Positions 52,266-64,000 of a stretch of 64,000 nt of DNA are shown here, piece after piece. The stretch is from the NCBI RefSeq assembly GCF_006345805.1, contig NC_043010.1:8556001-8620000 (forward strand), given 5' to 3'. This DNA is from Octopus sinensis. Its lineage: Eukaryota. The position numbers and the translations under genes were made by a program. Every line of letters begins with the position of its first letter. The first letter of the stretch is position 1. Under the pieces are notes generated by a model that was not told the origin of the DNA, ran no database searches, and worked only from the letters and a program-made list of their open reading frames with translations.

Positions 52266-52680
52266 CGAGCTGGCAGAAACGTTAGCACGCCGGGCGAAAT
52301 GCGTAGCCGTATTTCGTCTGCCATTACATTCTCAGTTCAAATTCCGCCGAGGTCAACTTTGCCTTTCATCCTTTCGGAGTTGATAAATAAAGTACCAGTT
52401 ACGCACTGGGGCCGATGTAATCGACTTAATCTGTTTGTCTGTCCTTGTTTGTCCCCTCTGTATTTAGCCCCTTGTGGGTAGTAAAGAAATTGGTATTTCG
52501 TCTGCCGCTATGTTCTGAGTTCAAATTCCGCCGAGGTCAGCTTTGCCTTTCATCCTTTCGGAGTTGATAAATTAAGTACCAGTTATGCACTGGGGCCGAT
52601 GTAATCGACTTAATCTGTTTGTCTGTCCTTGTTTGTCCCCTCTGTGTTTAGCCCCTTGTGGGTAGTAAAGAAATAGGTAT
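52266..52680 (+). mobile_element. SINE family B with two tandem body units
   Basis: Head plus body repeated at ~52495. Confidence 0.85.
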
Positions 52681-52982
52681 ACAGGGTTACAACATCATGC
52701 ACCAATTTACACATCTATAGACATAGATATAAGCATGTACACACACATATAGTAAAAGGGAGAGAGAGAGAGAGAGAGAATTCATATGAAGGTAGAAAGA
52801 AGGTAATAGATATGACAACTGCAGGAGAAATATGTGTAGGGAGAAATACCAGAGGGATGATATCCTAAAGGAAATAGCATTAGGAATTAGTGTGGGTCAA
52901 AAAGAAAAGACATGAATAACAAGGGTCGTAAGTTTAGTGGGTAGCAAGAAGCAATAAGATAATTATCAGGAAGTCTCTAGAA

Positions 52983-53197
52983 CAGTGGTTTTCAACCAGG
53001 GTTCTGCGGAACCTTAAGGTTCCACCAGTACAGTCCAGGGGTTCCGCAAGAAGTTACAAAAATGCTAAAATCGACAGTAATTTTTAATTCTCCTGTGCAG
53101 ATATGTGTGCATAAGACAAATTATTGCACAGGGGTTCCTCGAGCCAGTGGAATGTTTCCTTGGGGTTCCGCTCCAGCAAAAAGTTTGAAAAGCACTG
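52983..53197. mobile_element. hAT (Charlie/Buster-like) MITE
   Basis: Homologous to 29868-30108 in reverse orientation; exact TSD ctctagaa fits the nTCTAGAn target preference of Buster/Charlie elements. Confidence 0.9.
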
Positions 53198-55010
53198 CTC
53201 TAGAAGAAGGTGGTGTGAAGCAGAGGCAAATGTAGTAGTGGTAGAAAAGACAGCAAGAGGAGACAGCACATTTATTGTGTGCGAGTGACTGGAATTTGTT
53301 GGTGAGTGATTTCATATCAATCAGTTTAAGATCTAAAATTAAAGCACTTGTTGATGAAAGTTCTACAATATTATAAGAGGCTGTAGCAATCCTTAGGTTC
53401 AATCCCAGCAGCTAGCAGCTAGGATTGTCTTGAGTTTACTCCTTGTTTTTTTTGTTTTTTTTTTTTTTTGTAGGCTAAACAGAACATTGAAAGTTAACTT
53501 ATTTTCTTTTTTCTTTTTCTTTTTTCTTTTTTCTTTTTTTTTTACCTCATCAGTTTGAAAAATGGATTATTTGAATGTTATTTCAGAAACGACAAGACAC
53601 ATAAGATAATAACAATGATAGTGACATTAATGATGATGATGATGATGGCGACGCTGACGACAACAACAACGACGACGACGACGACGACGATGATGATGAT
53701 GATGATGATGATGATAATGATGATGATGATGATGATGATGATGACAGCAGAAAGAAGGAAAAAAAATATAAATTAGTGAAAGAAGTGACATTAATCCAAG
53801 AATGATAAAGATGAAAAGTGAGAAAAACAATAAAGGACAAGAGAGAGAGAGAGAAAGAGAGAGAGAGGGAGAGAGAAAGAGAGTGGTGTAGTGATGTAGT
53901 GATGGTGATGGCGGTAGTGGTGGTGGTTGCAGGGTGGGGATGGTGGAGAAGGAATCAGTAAAGAAACAATGATTTGGAAAGAGGTCAACTTAACAAAAGA
54001 AGTGCTTGAATAACTTTCTGAAAACAAAGAAAGATGGCAGCAGACCAAAAGAACACGGAAAAAGTTATAAGGATGTGAAAGTCATAAATAAATGTTTTGG
54101 CATTGAAGCAAAAGGTAATTGAGAGATGCTGCTGAAGGTAAATGTAAGAAATTTGAGATGCTATCAATAACATTGGGAAAAATAGTTTGAAACAAAAAAA
54201 AAAGAAGAGGAAAAATAAAATGTAATTAGTCCAAATTACTGAGATATCACTATGACCCTGAGGTTTAATAGCTATGGTTTCTTTTCTTCAGATATGACAT
54301 AACTTTTAATGTCTTGTTTGTCTTAAGAACCCTGAAGAACATCAGAAAGAACCTTAGAAAGTCCTTCTTGGATCTGGTGGCTTAGCTCTCTTTAAAGATA
54401 AGGGGAAAGACTCCTTTAGTCATGAATGACCATGGGGTTGTTTGTCCCCTCTATGTTTAGCCCCTTGTGGGTAATAAAGAAACAGGTATCATGGAGTGAG
54501 AACCATGTGGTTGGAAAGCAAGCTTCTTTATTGGTCATATAGTCATTCTTATAGATGGTCACATAACACTGCATAACATGATTTTTGCCCTTGGGTAGCA
54601 TCTATTATTTCCTATTTGCTCACCCTTAGAATGTATGCTCTTGTTACATTTATTCAAACCCCTAAGAATCCCTCTCAGCACATGGCTATAATGCTCCCCC
54701 ACTGATCCTAGTGGATCAGGGATGCACATATTGTCAGTTACTAAGGGACATTCTCAAGTGGTCAATGTCAAGCAATTGACAAACAAATATGTGGTATTGA
54801 GTAGAATACTTGCTATAACGATAATTCTGCTTCAGCAATTCAGAGCTGAATCTGTCTGAAATGTAATGGAAAATAGGTCAGTTTCAAAACAGGTCGCAAA
54901 AGCAAAGTGTGAAGGGAATAGAAGTCATTTCCTTTGATTTCTAGATAGAAGCAAATAGGAAATAACACTTACTGACTAAAGACAGAAAATAAAAAAAGAA
55001 ACATTTTGTT

Positions 55011-55216
55011 ACTCTTTACTCTTTTTTACTCTTTTACTTGTTTCAGTCATTTGACTGCAGCCATGCTGGAGCACCGCCTTTAATCGAGCAACTCGACCCC
55101 GGAACTTATTCTTTTGTAAGCCCAGTACTTATTCTATCAGTCTCTTTTGCCGAACCGCTAAGTAACAGGGACATGAACACACCAGCATCGGTTGTCAAGC
55201 AATGCTAGGGGGACAA

Positions 55217-55251
<35 letters not shown>

Positions 55252-55423
55252 CATATATACGATGGGCTTCTTTAAGTTTCCGTCTACCAAATCCACTCAC
55301 AAGGCTTTGGTCGGCCTGAGGCTATAGTAGAAGACATTTGCCCAAGATGTCATGTAGTGGGACTGAACCCGGAACCATGTGGTTGGTAAACAAGCTACTT
55401 ACCACACAGCCACTCCTGCTCCT
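55011..55423 (-). mobile_element. SINE family A
   Basis: Consensus match. Confidence 0.9.
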
Positions 55424-55639
55424 ACATAGCGTAATCATTCACATTATCTCTTACATATGTGAAATGTTCTTGAGAAAGTCATGAACCTCACAAACTCACG
55501 TCTCATTCCTTTATGAATCAGACATCTTAGGCTAAGGTAAGAAAATACTGTTAGTGACGAATAATAAGGTAGCAACATTAGTTGTGGGAGTATTGGTGAT
55601 TGATGGTGGTGGGGAATCAATACAATTGGTAGTGGTGGG

Positions 55640-55847
55640 GGTGCAGTGGTGGTGGTGGTGCAGTGGTGGTGGCAGTGGTGGTGGTGGTGCAGTGGTGGTG
55701 GCAGTGGCAGCAGCAATGGTGGTGGTGGTGGTGGTGGTGATGTGACAGATTATCAGTTGAAGTGGCAATTATAGGAGTAAGGCAGTTGATAATGGTTTTT
55801 GTTAGTGGCGATGATAATGATGATGATGATGGTGATGATGATTATGG

Positions 55848-55882
<35 letters not shown>

Positions 55883-55898
55883 GTGATGATGATTATGG

Positions 55899-55933
<35 letters not shown>

Positions 55934-57161
55934 GTGATGATGATTATGGTGATGGTGATGCTGATGGTGATGGTGATGATGAGATGATGATGATGATGAT
56001 AGTGATTATGGTGATGGTGATGATGATGATGATGATGATGGTGATGGTGATGATATCAATGATGATGATGATGATTATGCTGATGATGATGACGATGTTG
56101 ACAATTATGATGATAATGATGACGAGGGTGATGATGATGATGTCAATGATGATGACGACGATTATGCTGATGATGATGACGATGATGACAATTATCATGA
56201 TGTTGATGATGACGACGATGACGACAACGATGATGATAAGGACAACTATGATGAGAAGGAGGATGATGGCGAAAAACAAAACAAAGAATAGTTATTAATG
56301 TTATTCTTTTGATGATGGCTCTGATGATAACAGTAGCAATGTCAGAGGTCGATTGGGGTTAATGGTGTCACAGATGATGATGATGATGATAATGATGATG
56401 AGGATGATGGAGGTGGCAATGAGAAATGGAGGGGGGTGAAGGGAAGGAGGAGGGGTGGCGATGGTGATAGTGTGTCAATGGGCACTAGTCATAACTAAGA
56501 GGTGCAATGACATTTTGCTAATTCCAATTTTATAAATGTATCGTTTTATGATATTGCATGTTCCTTTAAAGCACGACCACCACTAATACCATCATCACCA
56601 CCACCACCACCACCACCACCACCACCACCACCACCACCACTACCATCACCACCATCACCACCACCACCACCACCGCCACCACCACAACCACCACCACCAC
56701 CACCAACCACCACCACCACCACCACAACTACCACCACTACCACCACCACTATCACCACCACCACAGCTGCCCCATCACTACCATTAACACCATCACCACT
56801 TCAACACTATCACAAGTACTATGAGTACCACCACCATTACTACTACCATCACCACCACTCGTGTTATCAATTACTATTAGCAACAACAGCATCACCATCA
56901 CAGCATCACTAACATCATAACTGATGTCACCATTATCACCAATGTTACCATCGCCACCACCTTCTCCATCACCATCAACATCATCATCCTCATTGTCATC
57001 GCTATGTCCTCACCACCTCCGCCTTCACCACAATCATCCACCATCAACATCATCACCACCACTGTCATCTCCAGCAAAACTGTTAACTGCCACTAACACC
57101 ACAATCATCACACCACCACCACCACCACCAACACCAAAACCATCACCACCACCATTACCAC

Positions 57162-57229
<68 letters not shown>

Positions 57230-58023
57230 ACTACTACTAGTACTACTACTACCACCACCACCACCACTAAATCTACCACCATCACTAAATCCACTCCCGC
57301 CACTATCACCATCACCACCACCATCACCACCACTTCCACTAAATCTACCACCATCGCTAAATCCACCACCACACCACCACCATTAGCCATTATTAACACC
57401 AATACCATCACCACCATTACTACCACCACTGCCACCACATCTCCCCACCACCACTTACATTACCAATCAAACACCATAAACCACTCACCACTCTCCACCA
57501 CCACCACCACCATCACCACCACCACCACCACCACTTCATTGTCACTGTTATCATGGAATATTTTCTGTTCTGAATAATCTAGAGATTATTTTATGAGTGG
57601 ACTTAGGAGCAAATTCTTGCTTCATAATTTGATGAGATTCAATCTCGTGAAAGACAAATCTTGGGTAAACCTTCTGACACCAGTTTCCTCTATCAAGAAA
57701 TGAGTTCAAAATGGCTCTGAGTTGACCAAATTATTTTATCCTTCCTTATTTTCATTCTCTTGACATTAGCTACCATCATCATCATATCTAATGCCACCAG
57801 CCACTTCCACCACCGCTACCAAACCACCAGCGCCGCCGCCACCACCAACAACAACAATAACAACAACAACAGCAGCAGTACCACCACCACCACCAATGCC
57901 ACCATCACCACTGCCACAACCATGCCACCGCCACTGTTATGACAGTGATGATGATGATGATGACAATGACCATCACTGCCACCGCCATCATCACCACCAT
58001 TACTGCTGCAGCTGCTGCTGCTG

Positions 58024-58066
<43 letters not shown>

Positions 58067-58262
58067 ACCACAATCATCCACCATCAGCATCATCACCACC
58101 AATGTCATCTCCAGCAAAACCATTGCTGCCACTAACACCACAACCATCACACCACCACCACTAAATCTACCACCATCACTAAATCCACCATTAGCCATTA
58201 TTAACACCAATACCATCACCACCACCATTACCACCACCTACTACTACTACTACTACTACTAG
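55640..58262. repeat. Extended (GGT)n/(GAT)n/(CCA)n/(CTA)n low-complexity domain with local block duplications
   Basis: Directly visible; blocks at ~57040-57430 recur at ~58065-58240. Confidence 0.85.
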
Positions 58263-59216
58263 ATACTGGAGCATGCACAGCCGAAATATAGTGAAAGCAA
58301 TAACCAAGATGAGGGCAACTGCTCTGACTAAAACATATTGTAAAAAATTTCTCATCTCAGAAAATATGGAATTGTATTATCCCCACCGAAGCTGGTGGAA
58401 ACTGGTGGATTACTGTGTCAACACCTGAAATTACACTCTACTATCATAAAGAAAGGGTACATTGGAGAATTTAGGATGTGCTTTGCTTAGAGTTAAGGAG
58501 GAATAGTCTTAGGTCAGCTTGATAATGGCTAAACAGCATCATGACCCCACCACATCACTGAGCTTATGACACCACCATCATTGCTATCATGGATATCCTA
58601 CCAATACTATTATCATTAAGCAATGCCAGCAAATTTGTCAGTCATTACTACTTTTTTTCTCTGGCACCAAGGAGGCAGACGTTTTTGTGATCACTAGCTT
58701 GCAAGAAATAGCAGCCAGATCACCCTTGAAAACCACCCAATCATTCTGAACTAAAAGAACACATGGATAAAGTTTTCTTGGATTACAGTATTTGAATTAG
58801 ATGGGGTGGTTATGATTGGAATCTCTGATCAAAAGACTATTATTTTGTGATGGCTGCTCTAAAGCTAACAAATAATATAAAAAGCAACTCAAATATAACT
58901 CCTACTATCATTACCTGGATTGTTTCACCTGTTTCTATAGTACCATCACCTCCCCCACTACTGTGACTACTATTACTAACTCCACTAATCATTTGTGCTA
59001 AATCTGAATTCTTTAAACCTTTAAAACAATATTTCTGATAAAACACACTTCTTGAGTTTCAATTAATTATCAAAATAATTAATAAATTTTGGAATGGGTA
59101 GTAAAATAACTAATTTTGCTTTATAGCTTGCTCGAAACATTATGACCTAAAATTGGAATAATAAACAAAATGGAAATGGAGGAGAGCTTCTTACAATGCA
59201 AAGAGAAAAGTTGAAA

Positions 59217-59258
59217 AACCTTTAATATTTCGGGTACTAAGCCCATCTTCACAAGGTT
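59217..59258 (-). ncRNA. Type-I hammerhead-like motif at the left array boundary
   Basis: AACCTT-GTGAAGA-T-GGG..CCC-GAAA-TAT-TA-AAGGTT; perfect stem I, C3 changed to G. Confidence 0.55.
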
Positions 59259-59820
59259 ACAATCATCCAAATGGCAGAATATACATAGATTAATAGTTCT
59301 TAAGTGTATTCTTCTGAAGATGGGCCTTTGCACCCAAAGTTTAAATATTTCAGGCACTAAGCCCATCTTCACAAGGTTACAATCATCCAGATGGCAGAAT
59401 ATACATAGATTAATAGTTCTTAAGTGTATTCTTCTGAAGATGGGCCTTTGCACCCAAAGTTTAAATATTTCAGGCACTAAGCCCATCTTCACAAGGTTAC
59501 AATCATCCAGATGGCAGAATATACATAGATTAATAGTTCTTAAGTGTATTCTTCTGAAGATGGGCCTTTGTGCCCAAAGTTTAAATATTTCAGGCACTAA
59601 GCCCATCTTCAGAAGGTTGCAGTCACCCAAATGGCAGAATTTACATAGACTAACATTTCTTAACTGTATTCCTCTGAAGATGGGCCTTTGTGCCCAAAGT
59701 TTAAATATTTCAGGCACTAAGCCCATCTTCAGAAGGTTGCAGTCACCCAAATGGCAGAATTTACATAGACTAACATTTCTTAACTGTATTCCTCTGAAGA
59801 TGGGCCTTTGCACCCAAAGT
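59221..59820. repeat. Tandem array of five exact-length 120-bp units, each an imperfect hairpin with hammerhead-like cores on both strands
   Basis: Units start at 59221, 59341, 59461, 59581 and 59701; GCCCATCTTCA/TGAAGATGGGC inverted repeat in each. Confidence 0.95.
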
Positions 59821-60039
59821 GTATAAAGGTTTCTCAACTTTCCTCTCTGTATTATAAGAAGCTTGCGCCTATGCTTTGTGTTTATTTTTGCTGTTGCTAT
59901 TGTTGTTATTGCTGTTGTTACTGCTGGCATCATTGTTGTTGCTATTGTTGTAGTTGTTGTTCATGCTGTTGCTGTTTTTGATTTTGTTATTGTTGTTTAG
60001 TTACTAGTACTACAACAAATGTAGACACCACATTACAGC

Positions 60040-61228
60040 AGCAACCATCACAGCCACCACCACCACCACCACCATCACCATCACCACCACCACCACCACC
60101 ACTACCACCACTGCCGCCACTGCTGCTGCCACCGCCATGACGACAACAACCATGACCATGACAACCACAACTATGACTACAACCACCACGACTACCACGA
60201 CCATGACCATGACCACCACCACCACCACCACCACTACTACTACTACTACAACTACTACAACTACTACTACAACTACTACTACTACAACTACTACTACTAC
60301 AACTACTACTACTACTACTATACTACTACTACTACTTGCATTGCTATGCAATCAACACAACTATTACCAAAATCAACATATAGCAACCAGCTTGAGCACC
60401 AGTACAAATGCTACAACTTCTGCTACAACTGTCACCACCAGTACCACTACCACCACTATTTTATCATCACCATCATCAGCACCATCCACAGCACTGTCAT
60501 AACCATCTCATCAGGTCTACCTCACCTCACAACTACCCCACTCTCATCATTGCAACTACTACCACAACCACAGCCACAACTAAATTACAGCTACCACGAC
60601 GCCCGCCGTGCCTCAATATTATCACAACCACCACCTCCACCATGACCACCACCACCGAATGAAAACAGCAAACACTTTAACTGAAACAAAAGGAAAAACA
60701 CTTCTTTAACTACCACCAACATTGCTACAGCCATTACCATTACGTTCACAACAATCACATCACCAACAACAGCAACATCATCAAGGATACATATATGTGT
60801 ATGATATACATACACACACACACACACATACATACATACATACATACACACACATGCATACATACACACATACATACACACATACATACATATATACATA
60901 TATACATACATACATACATACATACATACATACATACATACATACATACATACACACATACATACATACACACATACATACACACATACAAACATACATG
61001 CATACATATATACATACATACATACAAACATACATGCATACATGCATACATACATGCATACATACATACATACATGCATACATGCATATCTATACATGCA
61101 TACATACATACATATATACATACATTCACACATAAATACATACATACACACATACATACATACATGCATACATACATACATACCTATACATACACACATA
61201 TATACATACAAACATACATACATACATG

Positions 61229-61260
<32 letters not shown>

Positions 61261-61617
61261 CATACATTCACACATAAATACATACATACACACATACATA
61301 CATACATGCATACATACATGCATACATACATACATATCTATACATACACACATATATACATACAAACATACATACATACATGCATACATACATACATACA
61401 TACATTACATACATACATACATGCATGCATACATACATACATACATACATACATACACGCTATTGTTGTTATTGGGTTGTGGTGGTGGTGGTGGTGGTGG
61501 GGGGTAATATACTAGTTCCAACATTAAAACAGCCATATATACACATATATACACATATGTATATACACACATATATATATATATATATATATATCTACAT
61601 ATATATATATATAATAC

Positions 61618-61668
<51 letters not shown>

Positions 61669-61913
61669 ACATATATATATCTACATATATATACATATAT
61701 ATACATATATATATATATATACACATATATATATATACACATATATATATACATATATATATATACATATACATATATACATATACATATATAACATATA
61801 TACATATATATATATATACATATATATATATACACATACATATATACATATACATATATATATATATATACATATATATATGTGTGTATATATATATATA
61901 TATAATATATATC

Positions 61914-61950
<37 letters not shown>
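60040..61950. repeat. (CCA/CTA)n, (ACAT)n and (TA)n/(AC)n microsatellite domain
   Basis: Directly visible. Confidence 0.9.
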
Positions 61951-61955
<5 letters not shown>

Positions 61956-62427
61956 TATACACACAGAATATACTGAATAAAGGAAAGAAACAGACAAAAA
62001 TAAAATAGATAAAAAAATAAAATCACATGATAGAACTCTAAAAGTCATCTTCTAATTTCTCAGGTATTTTACTTCGTTTCCATCTTCTGTGACTTGCATG
62101 ACTTACTTTACCTTTTGTTTCTATTTTTTTGCAAGTGGTTTTTGAATATTCTTGTATGTTTTTTTTTTGGGGGGGGGTTTCTTTTGTGTTTTATTTCATT
62201 TTTTTTTGTTTTTAGTTTTTTGTTTTTGTTTTTGTATCTCTTCCAAAAATATTCTGCCTCTCAGCTTCTTTGCCTTTGGGCCTGGGGGAAACCTGTACAT
62301 GTCTTCCTGATATTAACTTATAGAGACATTAGTCTCAATTCAATTAACAAATCTATCTCTGTTTCACGCCTCTCTTGAAGAACCTGCAGAAATTGCCATC
62401 AATGGTGGTTATCTTCTTCCCCCAGTA

Positions 62428-62477
62428 TAAAATAATAATAATAATAATAAAATGATGATGATGATAATAATAATAAT

Positions 62478-62555
<78 letters not shown>

Positions 62556-63120
62556 AATAATAATGATAATAATAATAATAGTAGTAGTAGTAATAATAAT
62601 GGACTCCATCTTGAAATTGGTTGATACTATTTAAGGACAGTAACACACTGAAGTCATAGAGAAGGATAGTGTTTTAGCTGGAGGGAGAAAGAAACATTAC
62701 ATGAAGTATGTGGTAGTAGAGGTGGCGGTGGCGGTGGTGGTGGTAGTGGTGGTGGCAGTGGTGGTGGTGGTGTTTTGGTGAGGGTGGTCATGGTAGTGAT
62801 AGTGGTGGTGGCAATGGTGGCATTACCCATCAGACAGAAAATGAGGTATATTGGTGATGTTGGCAATGATGATGATGATGATGCTGATGATGATGTGGAG
62901 GATGATGATGACGACGATGATGATGATGATTGATGATAATGAAGATGAGGATGATGATGATGATCATGCTGATTGTTGTGATGATTGTAGTGGTGTTGGT
63001 TGTAGTATTCATTAGATAACAAAGTTTTGGTGAAGTTGGCAATGATGATCATCTTTATGATAGTGGTGTTAATGATGGTGATGATGATGACGATGATGAT
63101 GATGATGATGATAATGGTGA
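62428..63120. repeat. (AAT)n, (GGT)n and (GAT)n tracts
   Basis: Directly visible. Confidence 0.9.
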
Positions 63121-63344
63121 TTATAAGATGATCATGGCTGTAGCAGTTTATTATTTTTTTTTTTGTTATAGTGGTGGTGATTGTTTAGTAAAGAAAGTTT
63201 AATATAATACAAGAAACTGTGTCAGTCTTAGTAAATTATGGTCAAGCCATAACAGAAAACTTATCGTTAGGAATAAGGCTAATTCTAAGTATTTGAAGAA
63301 GGTTAAGGTCAGTAAATTAAACTAAAGTAAGGGGTTAATTAGTG

Positions 63345-63570
63345 GAGGTACGTGGCTCAGTGGTTCGGGGTGTTGAGCTCATGATCATAATATTGCGGTT
63401 TCAATTCATGGACCTGATGTTGTGTTGTGTTCCTGAGCAAAATATTTAACTTTACATTGCTCCAGTCCACTCCACTGGCTAAAATGAGTATTCTGGCAAC
63501 GCCAGGATCCCATCCAGGGGACAATATATACACCAGACAATTGAGGAAATATATCCCATGAGTCTATAGG
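63345..63570 (+). mobile_element. Degenerate tRNA-headed SINE
   Basis: ggaggtacgtggctcagtggttcgggg...ggtttcaattc head; body similar to fragments at 30170-30400 and 39190-39340. Confidence 0.55.
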
Positions 63571-63782
63571 ATTCAGGGATGGTCTAGGACTTAATCAATG
63601 GATAGATTACTAGGTGAGTTGATAGCATGTTGGAGAGAAAGTCCTATTTTGTTATTTGTTTCTGCACACCACACTCTGAGTTCAAATCATTCTGTGGTCA
63701 TCTTTGTCTTTTAGAGTTATGGGGTCAATAAAAAAAGAGTCAGTCAAGTACTGAGGTTAATTTTCTTGTTAGTCACATTCTC

Positions 63783-63821
<39 letters not shown>

Positions 63822-64000
63822 TTAGTACGTTGTGTTATTAAAAGGGCTATTGGGTATGTTTCATAGTAACCTTCAGACCAGAAATGGCAAAGTGCTAAGT
63901 GAAGGCAAGCATCATCCTCATCCTCATCATCATAGTCATCATCATCATCATCATTGACATGGGTTGGATGGTTTTTACTACAGGATCTGGCAAACTGCAG

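Noticed and set aside
56924-57577. 217-aa mucin-like Thr/Pro/Ser ORF
   Set aside because: Triplet-repeat DNA with no splice or domain evidence
59221-59820. CRISPR-like array
   Set aside because: Whole units repeat with no unique spacers, no cas genes are present and the context is eukaryotic
59121-59933. 270-aa minus-strand ORF (and 168-aa plus-strand ORF) with 40-aa Cys/His repeats
   Set aside because: The openness follows from the 120-bp unit being a multiple of 3; differences between unit types are mostly non-synonymous in both frames; there is no recognisable zinc-finger spacing; hammerhead motifs explain the sequence better
60591-62048. Numerous MYVC/HTYI/IYIY ORFs here and across the window
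   Set aside because: Translations of (ACAT)n, (TA)n and (AC)n microsatellites

Overview
Repeat-saturated, AT-rich animal genomic DNA that is largely non-coding. The repeat families look like those of Octopus or another coleoid cephalopod; this is my recognition and was not checked against a database. I found no intact protein-coding gene, tRNA gene or CRISPR array, and nearly all ORF-track entries are microsatellite or repeat artefacts. The window contains about 20 copies of a ~420-bp tRNA/CORE-like SINE, several Meta-domain-like and other tRNA-headed SINEs, RTE, CR1-group and probable R4/Dong LINE remnants, six non-autonomous Helitrons (three head-to-tail), MITEs of hAT, piggyBac and Merlin type, a Tc1/mariner remnant and a retroposed 5S rRNA copy. 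A 2.5-kb hAT-type element splits an RTE ORF. The most notable theme is a set of minimal type-I hammerhead-ribozyme-like motifs of the Penelope/retrozyme kind. These include a 5 x 120-bp tandem array (59221-59820) in which every unit carries hammerhead-like cores on both strands, and a perfect 103-bp inverted repeat whose arm ends at a predicted self-cleavage site. A CpG-richer region at about 23.7-25.7 kb may be a promoter with first exons of an unidentified plus-strand gene (low confidence).
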